This document shows positions 36,201 through 49,902 of a stretch of DNA of 64,000 nt, piece after piece. The first letter of the stretch is position 1; each line of letters starts with the position of its first letter. The DNA is from Okamejei kenojei (Eukaryota): contig CM069160.1 in NCBI GenBank assembly GCA_035221665.1, positions 10,168,001 through 10,232,000 on the forward strand, given 5' to 3'. The notes under the pieces were generated by a model. That model worked only from the letters and a program-made list of their open reading frames with translations, did no database searches and had not been told where the DNA came from. A program made the position numbers and the translations under genes.

Positions 36201-39200
36201 TCACCAAACTTTTGTAAGTAAGTAGTAAGTTTACTTGGCCAAGTATTCACATTACAAGAAATTTGCCCTTGGTGCTTCCTCACCAACAAAGTAACAACAT
36301 GACATACCGTGACAGTTACGAATGACCTTCAGAAAACACTAAAAACTTAATAATAACAATACATTAATGAAAAACACGCATTGATCAACTGTGAACCAAC
36401 AAATACCAGATCAAAGGGAGGCTACCGATTTTTGGCTGTTAGTAGAGACACTACTCGTGGAATAAAAAACTGTTTTTTTATGTCTGGCTGTGGCAGCTTT
36501 GAAAGTCCAGAGTCGCCTTCCAGAGGGAAGTGATTCAAAGAGTTTTTGGCCAATGAGAGGGGTCAGAGATGATCTTGCCCGCTCGCTTTCCTGGCCCCTT
36601 GCATGTACAGTTCATCAATGGAGGGAAGTGTTGCAGCCAATAACCTCTCTGCTGATCGGATGATTCACATGCAGCCTCCAGGTGTCGTGCTTGGTGGGCT
36701 GAGCCAGAAACCAGACCATGATGGAGAAGGTGAGAATAGACTCTACGATGGCCGTGTATAATTGGACCATCATTGCCTGTGGCCAGATTGTGCTTCCTCT
36801 CAGCTGCCGAAGGAACTACATCCTCTGTTTGTCCTTTTTGACTGTGGAGTTGATGGTATCCGCCACTTAAGGTCTTGTAGATGATGGGTTTCCCTGGAAC
36901 TTAAAAGACTTCCCACAGGTGGGACTGTGGTGTTGTTGAATGGTGAGTGGGGGGAGGGGAGGGGCAGCTCTCTATAGTCTACAATACAATTCCACTGTTC
37001 GTAAGAAGCATTGAACTCTAGGTTGTTGCGACGGCAAGCAGGACGCCAGCTGTGGACACTTCTGTCGGGTAGGCAGATTCCTCCCATACTGGATCCAGTC
37101 AATCAGAGTTGTGTCGGTTCCGCAAACTTGAAAAGCATACAGAGGTGTCAGTGGAGGTGGCAGTCATTTGGTGTAGAAGAGTGAGGATAAAGAAGTACGC
37201 AGCCTTGTCGGTGCTCCTATGCTGAGTGTTTGCGGGTACCTAGATATGCATTCACCCCAGCCTCACATGCTGCTTCCTGTCTGTCAGAAGTTGGTGATCT
37301 CACTTGACAGAGGGGTTCAGGCACAGTCAACTCGAAAGGTTTTTGGAAGAATATCTTCTGGCACATGGTGTTGAATGCAGAGCTAAAATCCAAAAAAAAA
37401 ACAAACAGCGTCCTCACATAGGTTTCCCCTGGCGGTCTAGGTGCTGGCAGGATGAAGTGCAGGCCCAGTTTGACTGCAATCATCCACAAATCTATTGGCC
37501 CAATAGTCCAAAATGCAGAGGTCAAGCAGGGATTTGTGATATATTTCAGTTTGGCCAACACAAGCCTTTCAAGTGTCTTCAGACTACAGAGGTCAGTGCG
37601 ACAGCCAGTAGTCATTATGACAATAATCCTTGCCTTTTTGTGTACAGGGATAATAGTGGAGACTTTGAAGCAGGCAGGGAACAGTACATGTTTGCAGGGA
37701 CTTAGTTCTGCTGGGGTTTGAAACTGTCTCATCTCATCAGCCGTATTTGAACCAGAAGGCGAGACTTTGTTTTGAAAATACCAGGAATTGAACATGAGGG
37801 GAATGGGGGGTGGGGGGGGGGGGGGGGGGGGGGATAGGGGGGGGGGGGGGGATGGGGAGTGTGATTTCTGTCATGGCAAGATTAGCCAATTGTGGGGACC
37901 ACATTGTGATTTGACCACATTGTGGGGATTAACATTGAAATCTAGAACGTGGCTCACACATCATCATTTATCATCTGTCATCCATGAATTGAACATGCAG
38001 GGAATGGGGCAAACGGGAAATCTCTTGCGCTTATCCTGCTTCCCCTTCAATTGTATGTCGAACATTATGGCTTCGGCCACTTTGTAGCGACTGAGTTCCC
38101 ACGTTCCTTTGTGCGGCATGACTAATGAGATTTATTGAAGGCCATCACATTATCTTTCATCTTTGAATTTTGGTCCTCCACACCCCCAAAAGAAGGAATA
38201 AGCTCATTTGTATTTGTCCCCCCCCCCACCACCCGATATATAAGTAAATCCACAGATAATCTTAAATCTTTCACCATCCCTTCATTCCCTGGCATCTCTT
38301 TACATAACCATATAAACCATAAATAACATATAACAATTCCAGCACGGAAACAGGCCCTCTCGGGCCCTTCCAGTCCGTGGCCGACCATTTGTTTTCCCCT
38401 AGTCCCATCTACCTGCGCTCAGACATACCTACCCCTCCATTCCCTTCACGGCGTCCCATATACCTATCCACTTTACTCTTAAATGTTAAAAATCGATCCT
38501 GCCTGCCTCCACCACTTCTGGCTGGAAGCTGATTCCACACAGCCACCACCACCCACTGAGTAAAGAAGTTCCCCCCTCACGTTTTACCCACCCCGAAAAC
38601 CTCTGTCCCTTAATTCTCATGTCCATGCCCTCTGTTTGAATCTTCCCTACCCTCAATGGGGAAAAACGTATCCACGTCAACTCTGTCTATCCCTTTTCAT
38701 CATTTTAAAGAAGACTCAGTCCCCTCCTTCAAGTCCCCCCTTAACCTTCTGCACTCACGCAAAGAATAAAAGACCTAACTTTGTTCAAAACCTTTCTCTG
38801 TAACATATTGCTGGAACCCTGGCAACATTCTAGTAAATCTCTTCTGTACTCTCTTCTATTTTGTTGACAAAACCTTGCTATAACTAGGCAAACTAGAGAA
38901 CGACCAAAATTGACACCATACTCCAGAAATTGGACCCTTACCAATACCAATAACACACCCCACCACTTTATCTTTCTCATTCTTGCCCGTAACGTGCACC
39001 GTCTCAAAAATGAATCATCTTTTCCTTCCATGTACGTTCCTGGTGTTTCCCCCCTGCCGTGGACCTTTGTCCAAGACAGAAATATCCTATACATGTCAGT
39101 GTGGCTGCCGCAATAAGAGTTGGTTAATAGGAATCTTGTGGCAATCTGCGTGTCATTTCTTTCTGCTGTCGGAATGGGATGTTTGTGTCTCAGTTATTCA

Positions 39201-42200
39201 GCAGACGTGTGTCTTATTTCTTTCAGGCGGCAGCTGGTCGGAAAAGGAGGTAGGACAACGCTCTTGATTGAAACGCTGCATGTTTTTGTAGAACAGCTCC
39301 GAAAATTTGTTGAAGCTCAGCTTCTAACCAGTTGATAAATAATTTGCAGGGTTAGTGATGAAGTTTCATACATTGTCAGTGACAGATGGTGCCTTGCCGA
39401 TTGAAAAGATTCATCACCCACTTTGTGTTGAACACGTTTGGAGAGAAACCTGCGCCATTCAGCGAGGTAAACTTGTCAGTTTCCATTCTTCTCATTGATT
39501 ACACCTGTAAGTACAATAAATTTTGAACATTTACGCAGAAACTGTACTCGCCGCCTCCGCCTCTGGAATCTCATTCTATCTCTCTACAATCCAATCTCTG
39601 AAAACATTGACCTTCAAGCCTTTTTCCAACTTTTACCATCTCACCTTAAACTGATGCCCCCCCAATCTTTCAACATTATAAAAATTCCGTCTTCCATTCT
39701 TCTTCAGCCAATTTACACCTGCTAATTAAGATCACATTTCATCTCAGATAAACCTTCTTCACTCTCCATGACGCCACCAATTTTTAGTGTCCTCAACAAG
39801 CCTGTTAACTATGTCACCCACATACACATACAAAGCGTTGGTAAAATAACGACCAACAATGGAGAGAAGCATCAAGCTCTATGGCACACCCTCTGCGAGA
39901 GACTCCAGTTTTAAAAAGCATTCCTCCACCAACCTTCTGTCTACTGCCTTCAGACCACGGTTATGCTCCATTGTGTAACTCGCCCTGGATTTGATCAATC
40001 AAAACATCCAGACCACGTACCACGCAGAGGGTTGAAGTTGTTTCTCTAACAGAGCAGTAAATATTAATTTGGGGGGGGGGGGGGGATGGGGGCGGGGGGG
40101 GGGGGGGGGGGTGGAATTGTGTGACCTAATGTATGGTGGGACAGGCCAGAAATTTGTGGAATTGGTGAAGGAAAATAGTTGGATAGGGGGGGGGGGGGGG
40201 GGGGGGGGTTGGTAAGATCATTCGACTGAGGGTTATGGGGAAGTTTACACTGAAGAGGATCTGGGACCAGCTTCGATCGAGCAGCCATGATCACATTGAA
40301 CAGGGGGATAGGCCTGAGATGCGAAGCCTACTCCGCACCTATTTTCTTCTTTTTTCTTCCTGTCTTATGTTTTTTTCTACTTATACAAAGATAAAGTCTG
40401 CACAGAGTAGTAACGATTGACAATACTTGGTTCCATAACGATATTTGTTGTGCGGGTGACATTGAGTGGTCTCCGCCTGCTTGCTCGAGAGTCCAATTGT
40501 GTTTGACGAGATCTCTGGGAAATACAAAGTCCGTACACTGCTCAGTGGGCTGCGTGCAGGGAGGATGTCTCCCCTGTCTGAGGGTGTGGAAGCAGCGGAC
40601 ATCCTCTCAGAATGTAGGCTGGAACATTTAGGACAGAGACCCAAGGAGAACATTACGGCACGTAGAGACTGTGCAACCATTGGAATGCCCTGCACGGTAT
40701 TGTGAAGGTTCACTGTAGTCGCAACAAACATTCAGTGCTCCTTGAGCCAGAGAGCCATGGTTGTACATTACAGAGTCAGGGCCCCTCTGGCCCAACGTGT
40801 CCATGTACACATTTTTTTCCCAGCTACACTAAACAATTTGCCCACATTAGGACCATATTATTCTACACATCATTTGTTAAATCGTAATGCCTCTGAAATG
40901 TAAGTGATACATCTTAGTCCGCCACCTTCCTCTGGTAAAAATACCAGGTATCAAATAACGCCTCTGCGTGACGTAAACTTACCACTCAGACCCCACTTTA
41001 AAAAACCCTCCCCATCCCTCTTGTGTTAAACCCAGCGCGCCCTCCAGTTTTGATATCCCTGTATGAACATAAGCTTTGGAGGATCTAGCCTCTATCTTGT
41101 TGCAAACTTTGAGAATTCCATGCTATCCACAGGTATTACCTGTTCTCCATAAACTTAGTAGTCACACCTCCTACATTCACATCCAAGCCATGAAAATATA
41201 AAATAAACAGCAAAGGGTGCACCACCGATCTCTGCTGCAACACCACCAGTCACAGACCTCCAGGCAGAAAAAAATCATCTTTCTACCCGTGACCTTCCAC
41301 CTCCAAGCACAAGGAGAATTCCTGGATCTATTTACCCCAGCTCGTTTAGATCCCACTTCCCTTTGGACCAGCCCTACATACGGAATATTGTCAAGTCCCT
41401 CAGTGAAGTTCATGTATTGGTTCACAATGATATCAGTGTGTTCTTAGTTGTATAGGCGCATCAAATCCACCCTCCAACACCTAAAGAGAGCAAGTGAACA
41501 GTAGAAGATGCAGGCCTCTCCAGTTCAGTATGATCACGGCAACTCCACCCCACATCTCTACATCCTCTTTAACCACGTCTAAAAACACCACTCGCATCCC
41601 TCTCCTCATCTTCCAATCTGCGTCTCATTTGCCATGTACTGGCAAGATATTTGAATACCCGGCTTATTTCTCCATCCCACACCCGCAAATCTTTCGTTCA
41701 TCCTCACTTTTTTCCGCATTCGTTTTGCCCGTCCGCCCGACCCCTCCCCTCCCGTTTCCGTTCCCGTTCCCGTTCCCGATAAACCCGCGGATTTCCTTTC
41801 CCCCTCTCCTGCCTGGGTTGAGAAACTCCGAGAAAGTTGTCTGTTGTCCATCCGATGTTGTTTTGGGGTGACACCACGGGGCAAGGTGTCAGTTGTCTGC
41901 CCGCCTGTGCCCGAGTCTCCCCCCGACCCCCGGGACTCTCTGATTCTCTGCTTCTTCTCCCCCCAGTCTCCGTCACCCTGGATGTGGAAACAGCGCATCC
42001 GGTGCTCCGAGGTGTCTGAGGATCGGAAGCGGTGAGACGGACCGGGACCTGGAGGAGTCCTCCCTGACACCGGGAAGAGGTTTACAGACAGTCTGTGTGT
42101 GCTGGGATCGGAGGGATTCACATCGGGGAGACATTACTGGGAGGTGGAGGTGGCGGGGAGTCGGGGCTGGAGTCTGGGAGTCGCCGCAGAGTCTGTGGAG

Positions 42201-42516
42201 AGGAAGGGAGAGGTCTACACTGACCCCGGAGACTGGAGTCTGGAGCATCTGGCGGAATAATGACGGTTTGAAGCACTACACCTCCCCTCGCTCCTCCCCC
42301 TCTTCCCCGCCCGTCCCATCCCCGGGAGGGTGGGAGTTTTATCTCAGTTACGAGTCCGGACAGTTTCATTTTGCGACGTGCGGACACCAAGTCCCATCTC
42401 CACACCTTCACATGGGAATAAATTCACGGAGAAAGAAATTTTATACTTACTTCGGGCCTTGGGATGTAAAGGACCACTGGCTGAGAATCTGCTCCGGATC
42501 CGCTCCGGGTGTGTAA
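33228..42516 (+). pseudogene. TRIM gene B' (mirror of B); exons ~33228-33652, 33747-33851, 35280-35518, 39226-39249, 39350-39466, 41967-42516; many frameshifts, possibly sequencing noise
   Basis: [32 protein letters not shown] and PRY/SPRY motifs ending WLRICSGSAPGV*; same exon order and intronic repeats as B in reverse complement. Confidence 0.8.
36215..37730 (-). mobile_element. Rex1-type element, mirror copy
   Basis: [24 protein letters not shown]; reverse complement of 14640-16118. Confidence 0.85.
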
Positions 42517-42778
42517 AAGGGTCGGGTCCCGGACCGGCGTCAGGAGCGGGGGCTCAGGGGCTGTGGGGCAGAAACCCGTGGACAACAGGTCGGGCGCAGA
42601 ACGAACGGCTCCCATTTACTCCCCAAATTCCGCGTCGTGAAAACCCCAGTGAGCGCGGAAATAAAACCGTGGGGGAATGTAAATGTGGGAAGAGTTAAAT
42701 AAACAGCAACTGAAAGCAGAGCTGTCTGTCGATCCGTTCATTTTAAACAAACGCGTTAACCGCGTCTGGCAACGGAAC

Positions 42779-42971
42779 TGTAGATGCTTTATATGCAACC
42801 AATAATATAGTTACCTCACTCAACACCCATTAACCTCCGCCCAGTTAACATCAATCATAAACGCCTTCCCCTCAGTAGAAAATGTGACCGGTTGCTTGAA
42901 GGTGGTGTAATACCCAGTGCTATCATTAAAAGATGTTGTACACTTAAGAGCTTGTAAAGTTTTCATTTACA
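42779..42971 (+). repeat. Gypsy 5' LTR (TG...CA, ~193 bp) followed by PBS-like aggtgtcaaagctgg
   Basis: tgtagatg...catttaca; near-identical copy at 47439. Confidence 0.9.
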
Positions 42972-45900
42972 AGGTGTCAAAGCTGGAAGATACTTTGCGT
43001 CTCCTGTTTATTATCGTTTTTATTTCTTTTTTTTGATTTGTGTTTTTTGTGCTTTGATCTCTTTGGCCATGGCGTCCTCTTGCAGAAAGCCGAGCAGCTT
43101 GTCGTTGATGCTGACATCTCTGAGCGCTGGGCCACGTTTGAATTTGATTTCACACACTTTGTCAACGTCGCACACCGCGCTGATCCTGACTCCCTTAAAG
43201 CTTCCCTCCTCCTCAACCTTGTCGGACCTGATGCCATGAAGAGAGCCAGAACTTTCACCTACGCTCCAGCGGTCCTGGGCGTCGATGGTGCGGTGATTAC
43301 TCCTGCAGAGTCTGCTAGACGACCCCGCTTGCCTGCTACGTACGTTCAGGGAGATTTGTGACCTGCCCTCGAACCGCATTCTAGAGAGGGCACGGTTCTT
43401 TAACGAGGAGTACAGTTGCCGGATGAACTGTTTGAATGTTTTATTGCTGATTTGCGTCATCTCGCCCAGCGGTGCCGTTTTGGCGACATGACCGACCACT
43501 CACTAGAGACATTTAGTAACTGGCCATGCGTGACCAGAAGCTGCGATGTGAGCTTTTGAGGGATCCGGATCTAACGGTTGGACAAAGCTATGCATGCCTG
43601 CAGATTGTCTGAGGTCGTTGTTTTGCAAGAGGACCCACCGGGATTTGGGCAATAAATCTGTCAACCTGGCAGGATTTAGGAGCCCACAGCCTCGGGTGGG
43701 AAACAATGTTTTTTCTGCCGCGTGCCCGCCCTGGACCTGGCGATGTGCCCCCGAAAAAGGTGCCCGAACTGTAACTACATGCACCATAGACTGTCGACGT
43801 GTCCCGCCTCTGGAAAAACCTGTAACTTTTGTAAAAAGCTGAACCATTTCTCAGCCTCCCTGTCGCTTACCCTCCGTTCCCCCGTGGGAGCCAGGCACAA
43901 GCTTCCAGTCCCAGTCCTAAACATGCTGGCCCAATTTGATCTCTGTTTCGACTCACAGCCCAATTTAGTTGAGTGCAATGGTGCGGAGCCAATTAATTCT
44001 GCCGAGGACTCTCATGTGTTTACCCTCCTACAGACACCCGCCCACCGCAATGATCCCTCCGTACCTGTGACTGTCAATGGCGTAACCTTCTCTGCCAAAT
44101 TAGATACTGGCGCGAGAGTCAGGGATGTTTTGTCCATGAATCTTTTCAAACAAGATAAGAATAATGAGCCTCTGGTTGTTGACGATGCTACCCTGCACAC
44201 CTATGGTGGGAGAGATTCTAAGGCCTGCGGGGAGGGCCACTTAACTTGCGTGCTGCAAAAGGCCACAAAAACCTGGTTTTCTATGTTTTTGAACTCTGAC
44301 TGTGTAACCCTGTTGGGCAACCGTGCGTGCCAGGATCTTGGCCTGGTCCTCCTTTGACCGCACGGTCCACAAAGTGCAACTTTCGTTTGACCCGGTTGCT
44401 GAATACCAGGACCTGTTCGACGCTGACCTGGGAAGTTGCCAGTGTACATACCATATTTCCAATTGACCCCAAATATACAACCCGTGTGTCCGCGCACTCA
44501 CAGGGTGTCTCATAACGCCATATGAAGGACAAGGTCGAGGCGATGCTCAACAGAGCGATGGTCGAAAAAGGGGGTGCTAGTAGCAGTTAGCGAGCCCACC
44601 GATTGGGTCTCCACCATGTTGCCACGATTAAGAAAGACAAAGAACGAGATAAAACGCCGTGTGTATCAAACCGAAGGACATAAACCTTGCCATCAGCGAC
44701 CACATTACCACCCAGCGGTCTTGTTGAGGATGTGTGGCGGCAAAGGTCGGGCAAGCCACCATCATTTTCGGGTCCTAGACGCTAAGACATCGTTTTGGCA
44801 GGTCCCGTTGGACAAAGCGTCTTCTGACCTGACGACCTTCGCCACACCGTTCGGGAACAGATTCAAGTTCCTGCGAATGCCATTCGGCATCAATTCTGCT
44901 AGCGAGGTGTTCCAGCAGACGATGGAGCAATTTTTTTATTTTTAAATATTTTTTCCCCTTTTCGCGCACCTGCCATGCCATGTGCCATCATCGTGGATGG
45001 TATCCTGGTTTACGGGAAGGCCCTTGCCGAGCACGACCTGAACCTCCACCGCGTCCTGGATCGCGCGCGAACCGGGCGAACCTGAAGCTGAATCCAAGAA
45101 GTGCCGGTTTCGTGTCTCAGAGGTCACGTATGTTGGACATGTTTTCACCCCTAACGGACTAAATAAAAGCCCGACCCCTTGAAGGCCGCTGCCATCTCCG
45201 AAATGGCAGCCCCCACCGACGTACCAGGTCTGCAAAACGATTCTTGGGCATGGTGAACTACCTTGGCATAGTTTATACCAAACCTCAGTGAGCTGAGTGC
45301 TCCCCTGCGGCAGCTGACAAAAAAGGATATCGCCTGGGCCTGGCTCCCATATCACCAGCAGGCTTTTGACCGTCCTCAAGTCGAAACTGATTAGCACTCC
45401 GACGTTGCGGTTCTTCGACGTGGTTGTCGCCCCATCACCGTCACCTGTGACGCTTCCAAGTTCGGCCTGGGTGCGGCCTGCCTTCAGTCTGTCGATGGAT
45501 CGCTGCATCCCGTCTCCTATGCCTCCCGCACCATGACGGACACCGAGCAGTCGGTATGCTCAGATCGAGAAAGAGCTGCTCGCGGTGTGTTCGCCTGCTC
45601 CAAGTTCAGAGACTTCCTGTTCGGCAGCAGATTTACGATCGAAACCGACCACCAGCCACTGGTGACAATCCTGAACAAGCCGATTCACACTGCCCCTGCC
45701 AGGCTGCAAAGCGTATGATGCTGCAGCTCCAGCGCTTCGACTTTGACATAATCTACAAGAAGGGCACCGAGATGGCACATTGCGGACACCCCTGGTCGCG
45801 AGCCCCGCGTACCTCCTGCGCTCGCCACCCCTACGAAACAGAGGACTTGCTCGTAACTGGGCGTTAACATTTATTTCCCACCAAGCAAGCTACAGGTTTT

Positions 45901-47438
45901 GGCCGAGCACACCGCTGCCGATCCGGCCTTGCAGCAGCTTGCATCGGTGATTAAAGCAGGGTCGCCAACAAAGCGCTCCCGCCGCGCCATCTGAAGCACA
46001 GCCTTTCTTCCTGGTCCGCGACGAACTGGTGCTCCAGGATGGTGTTATCGTCAAGGGACATAAAGTTGTGGTCCCGTCCTCCCTGTTTGACTTTTACTTT
46101 TTGTGCAGCCCCCCCACAGCGGACACCCTGGGGTCGATGCAACGCTTGCCCACGCTCAGTGGCCAATTCGGGGGGGGGGGATTGGCCTGGAATGGCCAAA
46201 TATATCCGAGACCGAGTTTCTGCCTGCTCCACGTGCAACAGTCCTTTTGCGCCGCACCAGCAGCGACAGCCCCTGCTAGCACAGACAGCCCGCCCCTGCT
46301 TTTGGCCTGGTCCTCGCTGTCTTGCCAGACATATTCGAGTGGCGTGGTAACCACTACCTTGTCCTGGTCGACTCGTACTCCACTGGTTTCGAAGTGGATT
46401 TGCTGACATCCCTCACGTCGGAGATGGTGATCCGCAAGCTGCGGAAACACTTCTCCACTTTTGACCCCTGTCAGGCTGCAGACTGACAACGGCAGCAGTT
46501 TACAAGCCGAGAAATTCAAAAGCTTTGCCGACAAGTGGAACTTCGTGCATTTCACCAGCAGCCCAGAGTACCCACAGAGCAACGGCCTAGGGGGGGGGCA
46601 GAACGGGCCGTCCGCAGCGCCAAGCTTCTGATGGAACAGGCGAGACTATCCAATTCTGATTTGTATTTGGATCTCCTGAACCTCAGAATGTTTTCCAGGG
46701 ATCCGGCCATGGGGTCCCCTGCCTCAGCGTCTGATGTCCAGAACTACCAGATCCACCGTCCCGATTGCCCAGCGCCAGCTGAAACCTCGGGTGCTGGAGC
46801 CCCCCTACCGTGCAGAGGCGAATTCAAGAGAAACATGACAGCCAGCGGCGTTCCCACGATCGGTCGTGCAGACCACTCGATCCTCTGTAGCCCGGACAGG
46901 TTGTTCGTATTGCAGACCGCCAGTGGGCACTACCGTCTGGCCACCGAGTGTTTGGGTGGCCGACTCACCTCGTTCGTATCTGGTCGACTGTGAGGGTTCC
47001 ATCTACACACGGAAGAAGAAGCCGACAACACCTGCTTGCGGTTAATGAGCCACACCGCAGCCCCCTGGGCCCTAGTGATGCCCCTCCCACTTCGCCTATC
47101 AGCAGCCGGCTGCCGCCCCGGCTGGTGTTCCCCATGCCCCGGTCCCCGTCGCGGGCGCCTGTTCGTTCCCCTCTGCGCGGGTCCCCTGTTGCCGATCGCG
47201 GTTCTCCCTCTCCTGTTTTTTCTCCCACCCCAATGCCCTTCCCTGGTTCCCCGGCTGCCTTGCGTCCTCCTGCTTCTTCTGCTCTTTCGGGGGAGGGGGA
47301 GGGGACACATCCGTACGCGGCTCGGGCAGGATCATGTAAGCGCCTGTTCGCTACGGCGGGGATTTCGTTTAATTCTGCTGTTTAATTCGGTTTGTCGTGA
47401 CAACAATCTGTTTTTTTTTGAATTTCTAAGGGGAAGGA

Positions 47439-47625
47439 TGTAGATGGTTTATATGCAACCAATAATATAGTTACCTCACTCCCATTAACCCCGCCCAGTT
47501 AACATCAATCATAACGCCCTTCCCCTCAGTAGAAAATGTAGCCGGTGCTTGAAGGTGTGTGTAATACCCAGTGCTATCATTAAAAGATGTTGTACACTTA
47601 AGAGCTTGTAAAGTTTTCATTTAAA
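47439..47625 (+). repeat. Gypsy 3' LTR preceded by polypurine tract aaggggaagga (47428-47438)
   Basis: Same sequence as the 5' LTR apart from small indels and few substitutions; terminal CA reads AA. Confidence 0.9.
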
Positions 47626-49902
47626 AACAGGAAAAAAAATAAACAAAAATTACTTTTGTGAAAATATAAAGATTGAAACAATCGCCCTTCCCGCGGGCGG
47701 CGGGTCCTGAGCTCCGGGCTCCCCCGGGTCCTAAAGTCCGCCAACTATTAGAATTTATATCGTGTTTGCAGCATTTGCTCTCCACACAACAGATTCGTTT
47801 TCTTCGAACGGATCTTTGGAAGAATGGGTTCAAACCGAATTCCCGGTTCCAGGTGGGAGCCCGTTGTGCTCAGGCTCTGTCTGTCTCTCTGTGGGATACG
47901 TAGATCATTCCTTGTTTCAGTCGCCGCCAGACCCCTCCCTCACCTCTCTCTCAGGTACATCATGTCTGTATCGGTGCTGCTTCCTGCTCTCGGTCACCGC
48001 TTTAACGCTTCATCTCCCTCACTGCCAGTCTCCAACCAGCTCCCGCTTTCCTCTGCTCGAGCCCCGATTCTTCCCTTCGCTTTCTCGCCGTCTCGAGAAA
48101 ACCCGAGTGACCAATTCCATTCAGCCCGGGGACGCCATCGGCTACTTCGTCTACCCACTACCCCTGTTTGCGCATCGGAAATGGAATATTCCCTCCAAGA
48201 TCGAGTGCGTACAGCAACAACCCGCTTACATTTACACAATGTCCTCGCATCTCTTTTAGGAGACCCCAAAATGCGTTACTGGTGGAATTCTCTTTGAAGC
48301 GCAGCCAGGAATGGCAACTGAAATGCAGGAGTCAATTTACAGACATGAACATTCACAGACAGAGTTTAAAAGCAAGCTGTACTGTCCAAAGCGATTTGGG
48401 TTTATTTCAATTGGAGTATTAGAAGCACCAAGCACATAATTCAAATAAACACAATCTTTCTATTCGGTTCTTATGAATGTTACTGGTCGTGTGAATTATC
48501 CAACTGCAACAAACAGGGTATTAAATTATCTGTTGTATTAATCTACTGACCTACAATATTGTAAGCGGGTTTGATTTCAATGAACCAACCCCTTTGACAT
48601 TTTTTCCTCTCTGATTATCTGCTTCTGTATCTTCCCTTCTTTCACCCAATCCATCAGGTGAAACATTAATGGCAGCCCGCAGTCAAAGAGAGAGAAATAT
48701 TCATGAGTTGTTAATTGTCATCTGTCCCGCGGCGGAGTAATGAAATTCTTACTTGTCCTTAATCTGAGTTTGCATCTATGTCACTCCTCACAACGTTCCC
48801 CCCTTAAACTGCGGGCCACACTTCTCTTCCTAACTCCAATATTAGTAAATAATCCTCGCTCCTCATTCAAGGAATGTTGCCATTCCATCCCCCATGTACG
48901 TAATCTTCCAGATTTGTAATCAGCATTCCCAGCTCCTAACTAAGTGGGTTGCAAAATCTCTGACTCAGACTTTTTTGCCTGAACCCAGACCTCTGTTGTG
49001 TGGGTGGACAAAGCTGAGATAGTCAAGTGGGCTCGGGATGGGTCCGCAGTTGGCCAGGCAGGATCTGGGGAGAGAGAACCTGAATTGGCATTCCGAGTCT
49101 CTGGTCTGAATTTGCCCTGACCCTGTCAGTCCCGCTGCACATTAAAACATGTTCTGTTATTGATGATGTTGAAGTCCTGATTCACGGAGACCCGAAAGTC
49201 TGCAGATGCTGCAATCTGCAATCCTGCATCAAGTCGTCTTGATTCTGGGTCACGGCCCTTGACACTTATTCCCCATAAATGGTTCTTTATCCTTTTGCTT
49301 CGACCAGATGTTTATTTCTCGCTGCTGCATTGAGGAACCCTCCGCTCTTCCGCCTCATGCATGTCAGGAAATGTTCTTTGCATTGCTGCAAGTAGACAGG
49401 AAATGCTGGAGAAACTCGGCGGGTGAGGCAGCATCTACGGAGAGAAGGAATAGGCAACGTTTCGGGTCGAGACCCTTCTTCGGGGCGACGTTTGGGGCTG
49501 AAACCCTTCTTCAGCAGGGGTTCACCCGCTAATGCCTCACCCGCTGAGTTCCTCCAGCATTTTTTGTCTGCTTTCGATTTTTCCAGCATCTGCAGTTGCT
49601 TCTTGGACATGACATTGCCGCATTCAGCCACCAGATGGCGATGCAGAGCTGTCCAAAGGTCTGTGCAATTTCGCCACCTGCAGGATCCCCACCTGCCGCC
49701 TGAAAACGCACTGCAGGGTCGGCTTGGGGACTAGTGGAATAATCTGTAACTCTTTGTATACAACACTGAGAATGCGTCCCGGCGCATCTAGAAGATGTAT
49801 ATTTTTCACACATGTGTATGGAATACAAAGAAACCCACTGTGACCTGCCCCATGTGATAATAAAGTATCATTCATTTCTTCCTTCATTCATTTATTCATT
49901 CA

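Larger units (their letters stand above)
42779..47625 (+). mobile_element. Full-length Ty3/Gypsy LTR retrotransposon (gag-PR-RT-RNaseH-IN)
   Basis: Direct LTRs; gag with CNFCKKLNHF knuckle, protease KLDTGA, RT LDAKTSFWQVPL..FLRMPFGINSASEVFQ, RNase H CDASKFGLG/QIEKELL, integrase VDSYS/TDNG/SSPEYPQSNG..AERAV; RT-RH-IN order. Confidence 0.95.

Noticed and set aside
40070-40208. Poly-G tracts as G-quadruplex elements
   Set aside because: Absent from the mirror arm and located in low-quality sequence; likely sequencing or polishing artifacts.
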